Source: an uncultured Anaerolineaceae bacterium (GTDB lineage: Bacteria; Chloroflexota; Dehalococcoidia; Tepidiformales; Tepidiformaceae). Taken from it: a stretch of DNA of 48,141 nucleotides. Below are positions 7,414 to 20,132 of the stretch, in pieces. The stretch spans positions 8,619 through 56,759 of the forward strand of contig CAYTBM010000001.1 of NCBI GenBank assembly GCA_964436025.1. Reading direction: 5' to 3'. Numbering within the stretch: position 1 is the stretch's first letter; every line of letters starts with the position of its first letter. Both the position numbers and the translations under genes were made by a program. The notes under the pieces are model-generated. The model saw only the letters and a list, made by a program, of their open reading frames with translations. It was not told where the DNA came from and did no database searches.

Positions 7414-10019
7414 GCGGCTCTGCGCTTCTGCCCGAGGAGGTGCGTCAGTTGCTCCATCGGCAGGGGACGTGAGAAGAAAAACCCCTGGCCGCGGTCGCAC
7501 CCGAGGCCGCGGACGGTGTCGACCTGGGCGAGGTTTTCGACGCCTTCGATCGTGACCGTGAGGCCGATGCTCTCGGCGAAAGCAACCACGGCCTGCACGA
7601 TCGCAGTATCACGGCCCTCGATTTCGATGCCCTTGACGAAGGATCGGTCGATTTTGACGGTGTCCACCGGGAGCCGCTTGAGATAGCTCAGTGATGAGTA
7701 TCCGGTGCCGAAGTCATCGATGGCGATGCCAACGCCGGCGAGGGCGAGGCGCTCGAGTTTCGTCACTGCGCCGTCGCCGTCGGTCATCATCAGGCTTTCG
7801 GTGACCTCGAGCTTGAGGTGCCGCGGCGGCAGGCCGGTCTCCGCGAGCACAGCGAGTATTTCGTCGACGATCTTCGGACGCTCGAGTTGCTTGACTGACG
7901 CGTTGACGGCAACGCGGAAGTTGGGGCTGAGGTCATACTCGGCGAGCCAGCGGCGGGCATCGTGGCAGGCTTTGCGCAGGACTTCGCGGCCGAGGGCAAC
8001 GATCAGGCCCGACTCCTCGGCCAGATCGATGAACTCGCTTGGCATCAGGATGCCCCGCTCAGGATGCTGCCAGCGGGCGAGGGCCTCCATCTCCGCGAGA
8101 TCGCCAGTCGCCAGGTCGATGACCGGCTGGTACCAGACGACGATCTCGCCAGATTCGATCGCGTGGCGCAGGTCCGTTTCGAGGTCCAACCGGTGGCGGG
8201 CGATATCCTGGAAGGACGAATCGAAGAGCTGGACGCCGCCCTTGCCGCGGCGCTTGGCTTCGTACATGGCGATGTCCGCGCGGCGAAGGAGCTCCTCTGC
8301 GCCGATGGCAGTGTCGGTTTCGAAAATGAGGCCAATGCTCGCGTCGACGTAGACATCTCGCTCGCCGACGGTGAACGGCACTTCGAAGGCCTGAGCGAGC
8401 GCTTCCATGCGCGCCCGTGCATCGTTCTCCGACACCGGGTCTTCGAGGAGGATAGTGAACTCATCGCCGCCCATGCGGGCGATGGTGTCGGCCGGCATGA
8501 GGAAGTCGCGCAGGCGCCGTGCGACGGCGACAAGAAGCTCGTCGCCGCTGGCATGCCCGAGACTGTCGTTAACCACCTTGAAGTCGTCCAGGTCAAGGAG
8601 GGCGACGGACACCGCGGAGTTCCGCTGCAAGGCGTGGCCGAGGCGGTCCAGGAAGAGCGTCCGGTTGGGCAAGTCGGTGAGTCCGTCGTGAAATGCCTGG
8701 TGCGCTATCTGACGCTGTAAGCCGTTCCGCTCGCTGACGTCGATGTACATCGCGCAGACGCTGATCAGCCGGCCGTTCGGTGCGTATTCGGGCGTTGTCC
8801 TCAGCAACGTGTCGATAACCTGGCCACCACGGGCGACGAGCGTACGTTCTTCGTCATTCGCGAGGACGCTGACACGCCGGTTCCGGCTGTGGCGTTCGGA
8901 AGGGTCGAACTGGTTGAGCGGGCGTCCAATGACTTCGGCGCGGTCGTAGCCTAGGGTTTCGAGGAAGAGCTCGTTGCAATCGACGATGAGCGGAACGGAA
9001 CTCTCCAGGCCGACAATTACGTACATGGCTGGTGCCGCCTGAAAGAGCTGCTGGTAGCGCTGTTCGGCGGCGCGGAGCTGGACTTCGCGAAGGCGGCTGG
9101 CGAGGGCCTGGGCGAGCACCGTAGAGAAGAAGCCGAAGAACGCACGGTCGGCATTGCTCAGCGGCACGGCGCCGTTGGTCGCGAGGGCCAGCCAGCCCAT
9201 CGTTTCTGAACCGCGCGCGAGCGGCAGCAGGATGACCGAGGGGTGAGGGGGCGCGGCCTGCTCAATCGCGCCGTGAACAGCTTCAAGCGCGGCATTGCAA
9301 GCGGCGGCGTCGCCGACCTGGGCGAGCAACTCGGGAGGACCCTCCGGGTCGGCGGCGACGAGCACGAGGCCATCTACCGGTGCTGTCTGGGCGATGAGCC
9401 CGCTGAGGCGTACGAAGAGCTCTTGCGGCTCTTCGTCACCATCGGGCCAGCGGCAGACCTCGGAGACGAGATCGCGGCGGGCGGCCTCTTCACTGCTCTG
9501 GCGGCGCGCGTGAAATGTGCCGAGCTTCCGGCCGATCGTGCGAGCGACCTCGACGATGGTTCGAGTGGATTCCGCGTCGAACCGGGCTTCGGAACGCCGT
9601 GAGAGCGAGAGCATTCCGAGCGTCTGACCGTTGGAGATCAGCGGCGCGGCGAAAGCTGAGGTGATGCCGGTGGCAGCCATCTCCCGGGCAGCCTCGGTAT
9701 TGGATTCGGCAGGGACGAATTCGATGCCCGTGGGGAATGAACCGACAACGTCAAGCCCTACTTCGATGGAGGGCCGGAGGCGGACGGTGTTGTCGCCGAC
9801 TGGATCTTCGTAAACGACGCGGACCCACTCGCGATTGCGCTCCGAGACGATGAGGACGAGCTGGTCGTAGGCGATGAGTTCACGGAGGAGAGCGACACAC
9901 GCTGCGAGCGCCCCGCCCGTCTCAGCGGGTGTGGTGACGGGTTCGAGCGCGGCCGCAAGTTGGCGCAGGAGCCCCGTACGCTTATCCCCCATAGCGTCCA
10001 TCTCCATGGTTAACGGCAC
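7410..10019 (-). CDS. GAF-PAS-GGDEF-EAL signalling protein (diguanylate cyclase/phosphodiesterase)
   Basis: RMGGDEFTILL (GGDEF), EMEALARW (EAL), DDFGTGYSSLSYL, N-terminal GAF-like repeats, and a PAS-like segment (MYVIVGLE...VDCNELFLETLGY). The exact start is uncertain (GTG 10019 or downstream ATGs). Confidence 0.9.
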   Translation of the reverse strand: MPLTMEMDAMGDKRTGLLRQLAAALEPVTTPAETGGALAACVALLRELIAYDQLVLIVSERNREWVRVVYEDPVGDNTVRLRPSIEVGLDVVGSFPTGIEFVPAESNTEAAREMAATGITSAFAAPLISNGQTLGMLSLSRRSEARFDAESTRTIVEVARTIGRKLGTFHARRQSSEEAARRDLVSEVCRWPDGDEEPQELFVRLSGLIAQTAPVDGLVLVAADPEGPPELLAQVGDAAACNAALEAVHGAIEQAAPPHPSVILLPLARGSETMGWLALATNGAVPLSNADRAFFGFFSTVLAQALASRLREVQLRAAEQRYQQLFQAAPAMYVIVGLESSVPLIVDCNELFLETLGYDRAEVIGRPLNQFDPSERHSRNRRVSVLANDEERTLVARGGQVIDTLLRTTPEYAPNGRLISVCAMYIDVSERNGLQRQIAHQAFHDGLTDLPNRTLFLDRLGHALQRNSAVSVALLDLDDFKVVNDSLGHASGDELLVAVARRLRDFLMPADTIARMGGDEFTILLEDPVSENDARARMEALAQAFEVPFTVGERDVYVDASIGLIFETDTAIGAEELLRRADIAMYEAKRRGKGGVQLFDSSFQDIARHRLDLETDLRHAIESGEIVVWYQPVIDLATGDLAEMEALARWQHPERGILMPSEFIDLAEESGLIVALGREVLRKACHDARRWLAEYDLSPNFRVAVNASVKQLERPKIVDEILAVLAETGLPPRHLKLEVTESLMMTDGDGAVTKLERLALAGVGIAIDDFGTGYSSLSYLKRLPVDTVKIDRSFVKGIEIEGRDTAIVQAVVAFAESIGLTVTIEGVENLAQVDTVRGLGCDRGQGFFFSRPLPMEQLTHLLGQKRRAA

Positions 10020-10049
10020 CGAAATAGAGTTCCGTAGCGCCGAGATGTC

Positions 10050-10640
10050 TCAGTTTTCCTGAGACAATCGGGCGAGAAACGCCTCGCCGCGCGGTGAGAG
10101 CCTGTAACCGGTACCGAGGCTGATGGTGAGCCCGAGGTTCTTCAGCTTGCGCACGTTCAGCTTGAAGTCGGGGAGTTCCTGACCCATCCGCGGGGCCAGA
10201 TCTCCCGCGCGGACGGCAGGATTTGCAGCGATGAGCGTGAGGACGGCATGGGTCCAGGCGCCGGATCTGCTCGCGCGGTCCAGACGCTCCAGCGTGCGGG
10301 TGATGTCCGCCCGGGATTCGGCATCAAGAACGGCGTCAGCCGCGAGTTCGTCCCGCGGGTCCTCGCCGGGCGCGAGGTGGAAGGCGACCCGGCAGATTGG
10401 GAGCGCGGGATCGCCGCGCATGTCCGCTCGCAACGCATCGGCCGAAGGGTGGCCTGCGCGGATGGCTTCATCGTCGGCGATGCTCCCGGGATCGACGGTC
10501 CGGACGGAATCGATTACCAGGCGGCCGGCAGCCGTTCGGTAGGTCTTGCCGGAGATCACCTGCGGCCGCTTCCACCGTCGAAAGGTGAGCGTCACCGAAC
10601 CGTCGGCGATGCCCTTGCGGTACTTCGTTTCGAACTGCAC
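10050..10640 (-). CDS. Hypothetical protein, ASCH/PUA-like N-terminus plus possible wHTH C-terminus
   Basis: GSVTLTFRRWKRPQVISGKTY resembles ASCH-domain starts. High third-position GC. No overlap with better ORFs. Confidence 0.55.
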   Translation of the reverse strand: MQFETKYRKGIADGSVTLTFRRWKRPQVISGKTYRTAAGRLVIDSVRTVDPGSIADDEAIRAGHPSADALRADMRGDPALPICRVAFHLAPGEDPRDELAADAVLDAESRADITRTLERLDRASRSGAWTHAVLTLIAANPAVRAGDLAPRMGQELPDFKLNVRKLKNLGLTISLGTGYRLSPRGEAFLARLSQEN

Positions 10641-10641
10641 G

Positions 10642-11808
10642 TCAGTACGAGCGCGGCAGGCCCAGTTCGTGCTGCCCGATGAAGTTGAGGACCATCTCGT
10701 TGGTGACCGGGGCGATCTTCATGACGCGCACCTCGCGCCAGTAACGTTCGACATTGAACTCCTTCGCGTAACCGAAGCCGCCATGAACCTGCAACGCGCG
10801 GTCCGCTGCTTCGAATCCCCACTCCGAAGCGAGGTACTTCGCCATGTTCGCTTCGGCGCCGCAGGGCTCGCCGTTGTCGTAGAGCCAGGAGGCCTTGCGG
10901 ATGAGCAACTCGACCGTCTTGAGCTTTGCGTAGCTGTCGGCCAGCGGGAACTGGATGCCCTGGTTCTGGCCGATGGGCCGGCCGAAGACGACGCGGTCCT
11001 TCGCGTACTGAACGGCCCGATCGAGGGCAACGCGACCGGTGCCCAGCGCTTCTGAGGCAATGAGGATGCGTTCCGGGTTCAGGCCATCGAGCAGGTGGTA
11101 GAAGCCGCGGCCCACTTCACCGACCACATCGCGAGCATCGACCGGCAGGTCGTCATAAAACACTTCGTTGGAATCGACGGCGTGGCGGCCGAGCTTTTCG
11201 ATCTCGCGGATGGTGACGTGCGCCGGGTCCAGGTTCGCGAGGAAGAGCGTCATGCCGTCGGTGCGGCGCGCGGCGTCTTCGGCCTTTGTCGTGCGGGCGA
11301 GGAGGAGGACCTTCGTGGATTCCTTGGCCTTCGATGTCCAGACCTTCTGGCCGCTGATGATGAAGTTGTCTCCGTCGCGGCGGGCGAAGGTCGTGATGCT
11401 CGGCGTGTCGCTGCCGGCAGTGGGCTCCGTGACGCCGAAGGCGACGTGCAGGTTGCCTGCGGCGGCCGCTGGGAGGATGCGCGACTTCAGTTCTTCGGTG
11501 CCGTGCTTCGCCACCGGGTTGAGCCCGAATATGGTCAGGTGGAGTGCGGTGGCTCCGTTCATCGCTGCTCCGGAGGCGGAGACCTCCTCGAGTAAGACGG
11601 AGGCTTCGGTGATGCCCAGTCCGGCGCCGCCGTAGGCTTCCGGGATGGCGATGCCGAGCCAGCCGGCTTCGGCGAATGCTTTGTAGAAGTCCCAGGGGAA
11701 CTCATGGGCCATGTCGCACCGCCGCCAGTAGGAGTCATCAAAGCGGCCGGCGAGGGCCCGGGCCTGGGCGCGGATCTGGGTTTGTGCCTCGGTGGGGGCG
11801 AAGTCCAT
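10642..11808 (-). CDS. Acyl-CoA dehydrogenase
   Basis: MDFAPTEAQTQIR..., YGGAG, TEPTAGSD, QVHGGFGY motifs. The start is taken at 11808 (MDFAPTE). An alternative ATG at 11859 exists, and the longer track ORF to 12207 is rejected. Confidence 0.9.
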   Translation of the reverse strand: MDFAPTEAQTQIRAQARALAGRFDDSYWRRCDMAHEFPWDFYKAFAEAGWLGIAIPEAYGGAGLGITEASVLLEEVSASGAAMNGATALHLTIFGLNPVAKHGTEELKSRILPAAAAGNLHVAFGVTEPTAGSDTPSITTFARRDGDNFIISGQKVWTSKAKESTKVLLLARTTKAEDAARRTDGMTLFLANLDPAHVTIREIEKLGRHAVDSNEVFYDDLPVDARDVVGEVGRGFYHLLDGLNPERILIASEALGTGRVALDRAVQYAKDRVVFGRPIGQNQGIQFPLADSYAKLKTVELLIRKASWLYDNGEPCGAEANMAKYLASEWGFEAADRALQVHGGFGYAKEFNVERYWREVRVMKIAPVTNEMVLNFIGQHELGLPRSY

Positions 11809-12001
11809 GGGCGGGATTGTACGTTCAGCGCGCGGGGTCTGGTTACTCAGCTCAACCATCCGCTTACTGCCGTAGCAGTTCGATTCGCTCCATTTGTTCA
11901 CCGGTAGCGCCTCGTGGGTCGCGAGCAGCCGCGCTGGGAGGCCGAGATGCTTACAATCGCGACAACCCGGTGGCGGACCGTTTCGGAAGAAGTGAGACCC
12001 C

Positions 12002-12760
12002 ATGGGACGACTTGAAGGTAAGGTGGCGGTAGTAACTGGTGGCGGCTCGGGGTTGGGGGCGGCCGACGTCCGGCGCCTGGCTGAGGAAGGCGCACGCGTG
12101 ATCCTGACGGACGTGAACCAGGACGCCGGGCGCGCAGTCGCGGAACCAGCTGGTGCGCGTTTCTTCGCACAAGATGTCGCTGATGAGAACTCGTGGCCGT
12201 CGCTCATCGAGACGGTCTTGAAGGACTATGGACGTCTCGACGTCCTGGTGAACAACGCGGGCATCGCTATAGCCCAGGATATCGAGCAAACCACCACGGA
12301 AACCTGGCGGCGGACGCTCGCCGTGCACCTGGATGGGACGTTTTTCGGCTGCCACTACGCGATTCCGGCGATGAAGGCGTCCGGCGGAGGCTCGATCATC
12401 AACATGTCATCGACCGCCGCCTTGATCGGGATCCCTCCGTTTCTCGCCTATTCGGCTGCGAAGGGCGGAATTCGGGCGATGACCAAGTCTATCGCCGTCC
12501 ACTGCCGCGCCAGGGGATACGGCATTCGATGCAATTCCATCCATCCCGGGAGCATCGACACCCCCATGGTCCACGCTGCGCTCGAAAACACGCGCGGGCT
12601 CAGAATGGCCGACGCAGAGGATCCCGAGGCCCTGCGCAAAACACTGGGCCTCGGCGAACCGAACGATGTTGCGAACATGGTGGTCTTCCTGGCGTCGGAC
12701 GAATCCAAGCACGTCAATGGCGCAGAGCTCGTCATCGACAACGGTGACACCATCGTCTGA
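12002..12760 (+). CDS. SDR family oxidoreductase
   Basis: GKVAVVTGGGSGLG, NNAG, S..YSAAKGG, IHPG motifs. Confidence 0.9.
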   Translation: MGRLEGKVAVVTGGGSGLGAADVRRLAEEGARVILTDVNQDAGRAVAEPAGARFFAQDVADENSWPSLIETVLKDYGRLDVLVNNAGIAIAQDIEQTTTETWRRTLAVHLDGTFFGCHYAIPAMKASGGGSIINMSSTAALIGIPPFLAYSAAKGGIRAMTKSIAVHCRARGYGIRCNSIHPGSIDTPMVHAALENTRGLRMADAEDPEALRKTLGLGEPNDVANMVVFLASDESKHVNGAELVIDNGDTIV

Positions 12761-12800
12761 GCCGTAACTTGTCACGTTTTGTGTACGTCTGGGAGTCGAA

Positions 12801-13259
12801 GTGACTATCACCGGCCTCGTCCATGTGAACATCAACTGCAGCGATTTCGACCGGTCGGAAGAGTTCTATCGCCTCCTCGGCTTCGAACGCTTGATGGAGG
12901 TCGCGCCGACAACCACTCCAGAAGTCGCCGCAGCGGTGGGAATGCCTCCGTACGAGGTGCGGGGCGCGTTGATGATGCTGCGCACGGGCAACCAGCCTGT
13001 GGTCATCGACCTGTTGGAGTGGCGCAGCCCGCGCGACGAGGAGGAGCCTTACGCGCATCTCTACCACCTTGGTATCGCTCGAATCGCCTTTGCGACGAGT
13101 GACCTCGATGGCGAAATGAACCGGCTGAAGGAACATGGCGTGCGATTCCTGTCGGAGCCGGCCAAGGTCACACTGCCCGGGGCCACTGCGGGTTCGCGCT
13201 TCGTGTGCTTCTTTGATCCAGACGGAACGGCGCTGGAGCTGGTGGAAGCAACGAGTTGA
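12801..13259 (+). CDS. VOC/glyoxalase family protein
   Basis: LVHVNINCSDFDRSEEFY...HLGIARIAF...DPDGTALELVE, a typical paired beta-alpha-beta-beta-beta module. Confidence 0.8.
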   Translation: MTITGLVHVNINCSDFDRSEEFYRLLGFERLMEVAPTTTPEVAAAVGMPPYEVRGALMMLRTGNQPVVIDLLEWRSPRDEEEPYAHLYHLGIARIAFATSDLDGEMNRLKEHGVRFLSEPAKVTLPGATAGSRFVCFFDPDGTALELVEATS

Positions 13260-13477
13260 GGCGCGTTGCGTGGCCCCTGCTCGGATGCCTGTGACTCTGG
13301 CACGTTGCTCAGTCCACGAACTGGTTACTGACGTGCGCGGTCCATTTCCACACCGCCTCGCGGCTCTCGAACCCTCGAACGAGCCGAACCTGGGGCGGAA
13401 ATGGTTACTCCCACAGGAGTGAATGCGTGCGGCGCAGGGACCCACGAAGTCTCCGGCGTGCCCCAAACGAGGCCAGC

Positions 13478-13981
13478 TCAGTAGATCGTGATGTACGTTT
13501 CGCGCGTGGGACCGTCCGGCAAGACCCGCAGCGTTTCGTTCTGCAGGTCCGGTTCGAGCCCCATGCCTTCGAGCGGCAGGAGCCCGAGCAGTGGTTCAGC
13601 GTCTTCCGGGAGGGCGAGGCACTCATAGGTTCCCTCGCGACCCATCACGGCGATCCGGGCATCATCGTGGACAACCACGGGCCGGACGCCTGCGGCTGTC
13701 GACGCGAACGCCTTCTTGAGAACAGGCAGCCCCAGCCGTTCAACGAGCGACTGCGGGAGGCAAAGCGTGTTTGCACCCGTATCCACGAGAATGCGGTCAA
13801 GGTGGATGCGACGAACTTGGTCCTCACGGATAGTCCCGTCCGCCGCGCGAATCTCATCGGCATGGTTGGTGATCGTGATGCTTGCGAAGACCTTGCCCAC
13901 GTGCCTTTGCCGACCTTGAGGCTGTGTCTGGATCGCCGTCATGTCCCAAGTATACGCTCGAACGGTGATCGGTTCGTCCAT
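13478..13981 (-). CDS. Retropepsin-like (clan AA) aspartic protease
   Basis: ILVDTGANTLCLP contains the D-T-G-A catalytic motif in the usual small single-lobe context. The downstream LLGLLPLEGMGL matches the dimerisation-region pattern. Confidence 0.7.
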   Translation of the reverse strand: MDEPITVRAYTWDMTAIQTQPQGRQRHVGKVFASITITNHADEIRAADGTIREDQVRRIHLDRILVDTGANTLCLPQSLVERLGLPVLKKAFASTAAGVRPVVVHDDARIAVMGREGTYECLALPEDAEPLLGLLPLEGMGLEPDLQNETLRVLPDGPTRETYITIY

Positions 13982-14012
13982 GGTGATGCGGAAGCAGACC
14001 TGCTAGCCAGCG

Positions 14013-14773
14013 CTAGAAGACCTCGAACAGGTTGAACCTGGGGCCGTCCTTGCAGCAGAGCTTGACGCCGTGGTGCTTGGTGAAGATGCCGCAGCCGTAG
14101 CACATCCCCCAGCCGCAGGGCATGTTCTCTTCCATCAGGATTTCCGGGAACTGGCGGCGGCCGTTGTTGCGCAGGACGTCCGCGAGGGACTGGAACATCG
14201 GGTTCGGGCCGCAGGAGTAGATGCGGTTCGCCCACTCCTGGTACTTGCCCAGGTGCTGCGTCACGAAGCCTTTCGGGCCGGCTGAACCGTCTTCCGTGAC
14301 TACGACGTACTCGACTTCCTTCGGCCATTCGCTCGCGGCCAGGAGGTGGCGCTCGCTGCGCCCGCCCATCATGGCGACGACCTGGTGGCCGGCGCGGATT
14401 GCGCGTTCGGCGGTATCCACGAGCGGGGCGATGCCTACGCCGCCGCCGATGAGCAGCAAGTTCGCCGGCGTATCCGGGAAGGTGAAGCCGTTGCCGAGGG
14501 GCCCGTAGATGCGGACGGCCGTGCCCGGCGGTTGCTCGCTGAGCCAGCGCGTGCCCTTGCCCACAACCGCGTAGAGCAGCGCGAACCGGTCACCGTCGAT
14601 CCTGTAGTAGCTGAAGGCACGGGCGAACAGCGGGTCCGCACCATCCGGACTGCAGTGCACCATCACGAACTGGCCAGCTTCGACCCCGCGCGTAAGCGAC
14701 GGGCCATGAAACCAGGTGATGAACGCGCCGTCCCAGGCGCGCTCAGTCGAGATGATGCGGGTCTCTTCGATGT

Positions 14774-14777
<4 letters not shown>
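14013..14777 (-). CDS. pyrK: Dihydroorotate dehydrogenase electron-transfer subunit
   Basis: FNR-like FAD/NAD fold with C-terminal 2Fe-2S cysteines CGWGMCYGCG...CC. GTGA start/stop overlap with carB. Confidence 0.85.
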
Positions 14778-18022
<3,245 letters not shown>

Positions 18023-18113
18023 GCGGATCCTCCTCGGGTGTTGGCGGTTTTCGGTACGCAGCGAATGGTCGCCCGCTGTGCCGGCGGGACGATAAAGGCT
18101 GGGCTCGCCATCG

Positions 18114-18560
18114 CTACCTCCTGCCGCGGTTCGGCCGGACGGCGCCGGCCAGTGAACGGCGGACGGGGCGAAGGGCGAAAACCAGCAGGAGTATGGGCGC
18201 AACCAGGAAGAGCGGCGGCTGGGCCTGGAGAAACAGCCATGCCTCGAGCCCGCCGATGAGGACCCCAAGCAACAGCGGCGTGCGGTACCGCTCGAACTGG
18301 TCGCGTTCGTCGCGGAGGAGCAGCAGCCCGAGCAGGAAGGCGAACACGGCCGAAATGGCGAGGGTAGCGGCGAAGGCGCGTGCGAGTGTGGTGCCTACGT
18401 CTCCGGAGGAAAGCGAGTCATCGAAAAAGCTGGCGAGGAAGAAGATGACGGACATGGTGAGCAACGCCATGCCGAGTGCGAAGAGCACATCGGGGACGGT
18501 CGTCGCGGGCCGGCGCGGGCGCAACGGTGCGTTGTTCCTGCGCCGGCGTGGTTCGGTCAT
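18114..18560 (-). CDS. Hypothetical membrane protein (Arg-rich N-terminus, about 4 TM segments)
   Basis: Hydrophobic stretches VLFALGMALLTMSVIFFLASFF, ATLAISAVFAFLLGLLLL, LLLGVLIGGLEAWLF, LFLVAPILLLVFAL. The start is uncertain (ATG 18560 or GTG 18587). Confidence 0.55.
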   Translation of the reverse strand: MTEPRRRRNNAPLRPRRPATTVPDVLFALGMALLTMSVIFFLASFFDDSLSSGDVGTTLARAFAATLAISAVFAFLLGLLLLRDERDQFERYRTPLLLGVLIGGLEAWLFLQAQPPLFLVAPILLLVFALRPVRRSLAGAVRPNRGRR

Positions 18561-18588
18561 CTGGCGGCCCCCAAGTATGCGTTCCACC

Positions 18589-19038
18589 TCAGAGCGGCAG
18601 CTCGAAGGTCATGCTGGGATTGCGCAGCGGCACCATGGCGCCAATGCCGGAGAGAAAGCTGAGCGCGGGCTCGTTGCCTTCCGGGAGGCGGCCGCGGATA
18701 CGCTTGTAGCCGTTTTCGCGGGCGAATTCGAGGATGGTGTCGGCGAGGTCGGTTGCCAGTCCCCGGCGGCGGTGGTCCGGAAGGACCCAGACGCCGAGAA
18801 GGCCGGTGTGGGCTTCGGCAGTGTCAAAGTCGAGTGCGCCGAAGGCGACCGGAATGCTGCCGTCGTAGGCAACGAAGAGGGCGCCGTCTTCTCCGAGGCG
18901 CTTGAGCCAGCGGCGGACGTAATCGCCATCGAACGGACCCTGGAGGCCAACATTCTCCTGGCCCATCCCGCGGAGGATGGCGGCGACGCCTTCGGCGTCG
19001 CTCGGAGTTGCCTTGCGGATATCGGTTGCGCGAGTCAT
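18589..19038 (-). CDS. GNAT family N-acetyltransferase
   Basis: VLPDHRRRGLATDL acetyl-CoA-binding (R/Q-x-x-G-x-A) motif. ATGA-type overlap with the carA stop. Confidence 0.8.
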   Translation of the reverse strand: MTRATDIRKATPSDAEGVAAILRGMGQENVGLQGPFDGDYVRRWLKRLGEDGALFVAYDGSIPVAFGALDFDTAEAHTGLLGVWVLPDHRRRGLATDLADTILEFARENGYKRIRGRLPEGNEPALSFLSGIGAMVPLRNPSMTFELPL

Positions 19039-20132
19039 CGAACCCCTCCACGAACTGTTGCCATCATCTCGACAAACCGGTCGAAGATGTAGGCGTTATC
19101 AAGCGGTCCCGGGCAGGCTTCGGAATGATACTGGATGGTCATCAGCGGTTCGTGCCGAAGCGCGATGCCTTCGACCGTCTGGTCGTTGAGGTTGATGTGG
19201 CTGACGAAGGCAGCGCTGCTTAGCCCGTCCGGATCGACGGCGTAGCCGTGGTTCTGGGCGGTGATGGTCACTTTCCCGGTGGTCACGTCCTGGACCGGGT
19301 GGTTGCCGCCACGGTGGCCGAACGGCAGCTTGAAGGTGCCCGCGCCGAGCGCACGGGCGGCGACCTGGTGGCCGAGGCAGATGCCGAGGATCGGGGCCTT
19401 GCCGATGAGCTTGGATACTTCGCCGACCATGGAGTCGAGGAGCCGCGGGTCACCGGGTCCGGGCGAAAGGACGATGCCGTCCGGACCGAGAGCGAGGAGA
19501 TCGTCGGCCGGCGTGCTGGCGGGAAAGACGCGGACCGAGCAGCCGCGAGCTTCCAGTGAACGCATGATGTTCCGCTTTACGCCGCCGTCGAGGAGGACGA
19601 CCTTGTGGCGGGCCTCGCCGGGCGGGACGTTCCAGTCGAAGACGTGGTCAGTCGTCACCGAGTCGACCCAGTTCACGTCGTCGTAGCCGGCGAAGCCGCG
19701 GAGACGGTCGAGTGCCTGGTCGGCCGACTCGGTGGTGGTGATGGTCCCGGGCATGACGCCAGACATGCGAATGCGGCGGGTGACGGCACGCGTATCGACG
19801 CCCTCAATCGCGACAACGCCGCGCTCGGCGAGGAAATCGCGGAGGGTTTGCTGGGAACGAAGGTGGCTGGCACGGACAGCGGCCTCGCGGACGATGAGGC
19901 CGGTTGGCTGGATGCGGGCCGATTCCTCGACACGGTCATCGATGCCGTAATTGCCAATGAGCGGATAGGTGAGGACTAGCAGTTGTCCAGCGTAGGAGGG
20001 GTCGGTCAGCATCTCCTGATAGCCGGTCATGGAGGTGTTGAAGACGACCTCGCCGTCACTGAAACCAGACGCGCCGATCCTGCGGCCTGGGAAGACGGAC
20101 CCGTCCGCGAGCACAAGCAGGGCATCAGGCAT
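19035..20132 (-). CDS. carA: Carbamoyl-phosphate synthase small (glutaminase) subunit
   Basis: LTDPSYAGQLLVLTYPLIGNYG, GICLGHQ catalytic Cys, HRGGNHPV, QYHSEA. Confidence 0.95.
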   Translation of the reverse strand: MPDALLVLADGSVFPGRRIGASGFSDGEVVFNTSMTGYQEMLTDPSYAGQLLVLTYPLIGNYGIDDRVEESARIQPTGLIVREAAVRASHLRSQQTLRDFLAERGVVAIEGVDTRAVTRRIRMSGVMPGTITTTESADQALDRLRGFAGYDDVNWVDSVTTDHVFDWNVPPGEARHKVVLLDGGVKRNIMRSLEARGCSVRVFPASTPADDLLALGPDGIVLSPGPGDPRLLDSMVGEVSKLIGKAPILGICLGHQVAARALGAGTFKLPFGHRGGNHPVQDVTTGKVTITAQNHGYAVDPDGLSSAAFVSHINLNDQTVEGIALRHEPLMTIQYHSEACPGPLDNAYIFDRFVEMMATVRGGVR

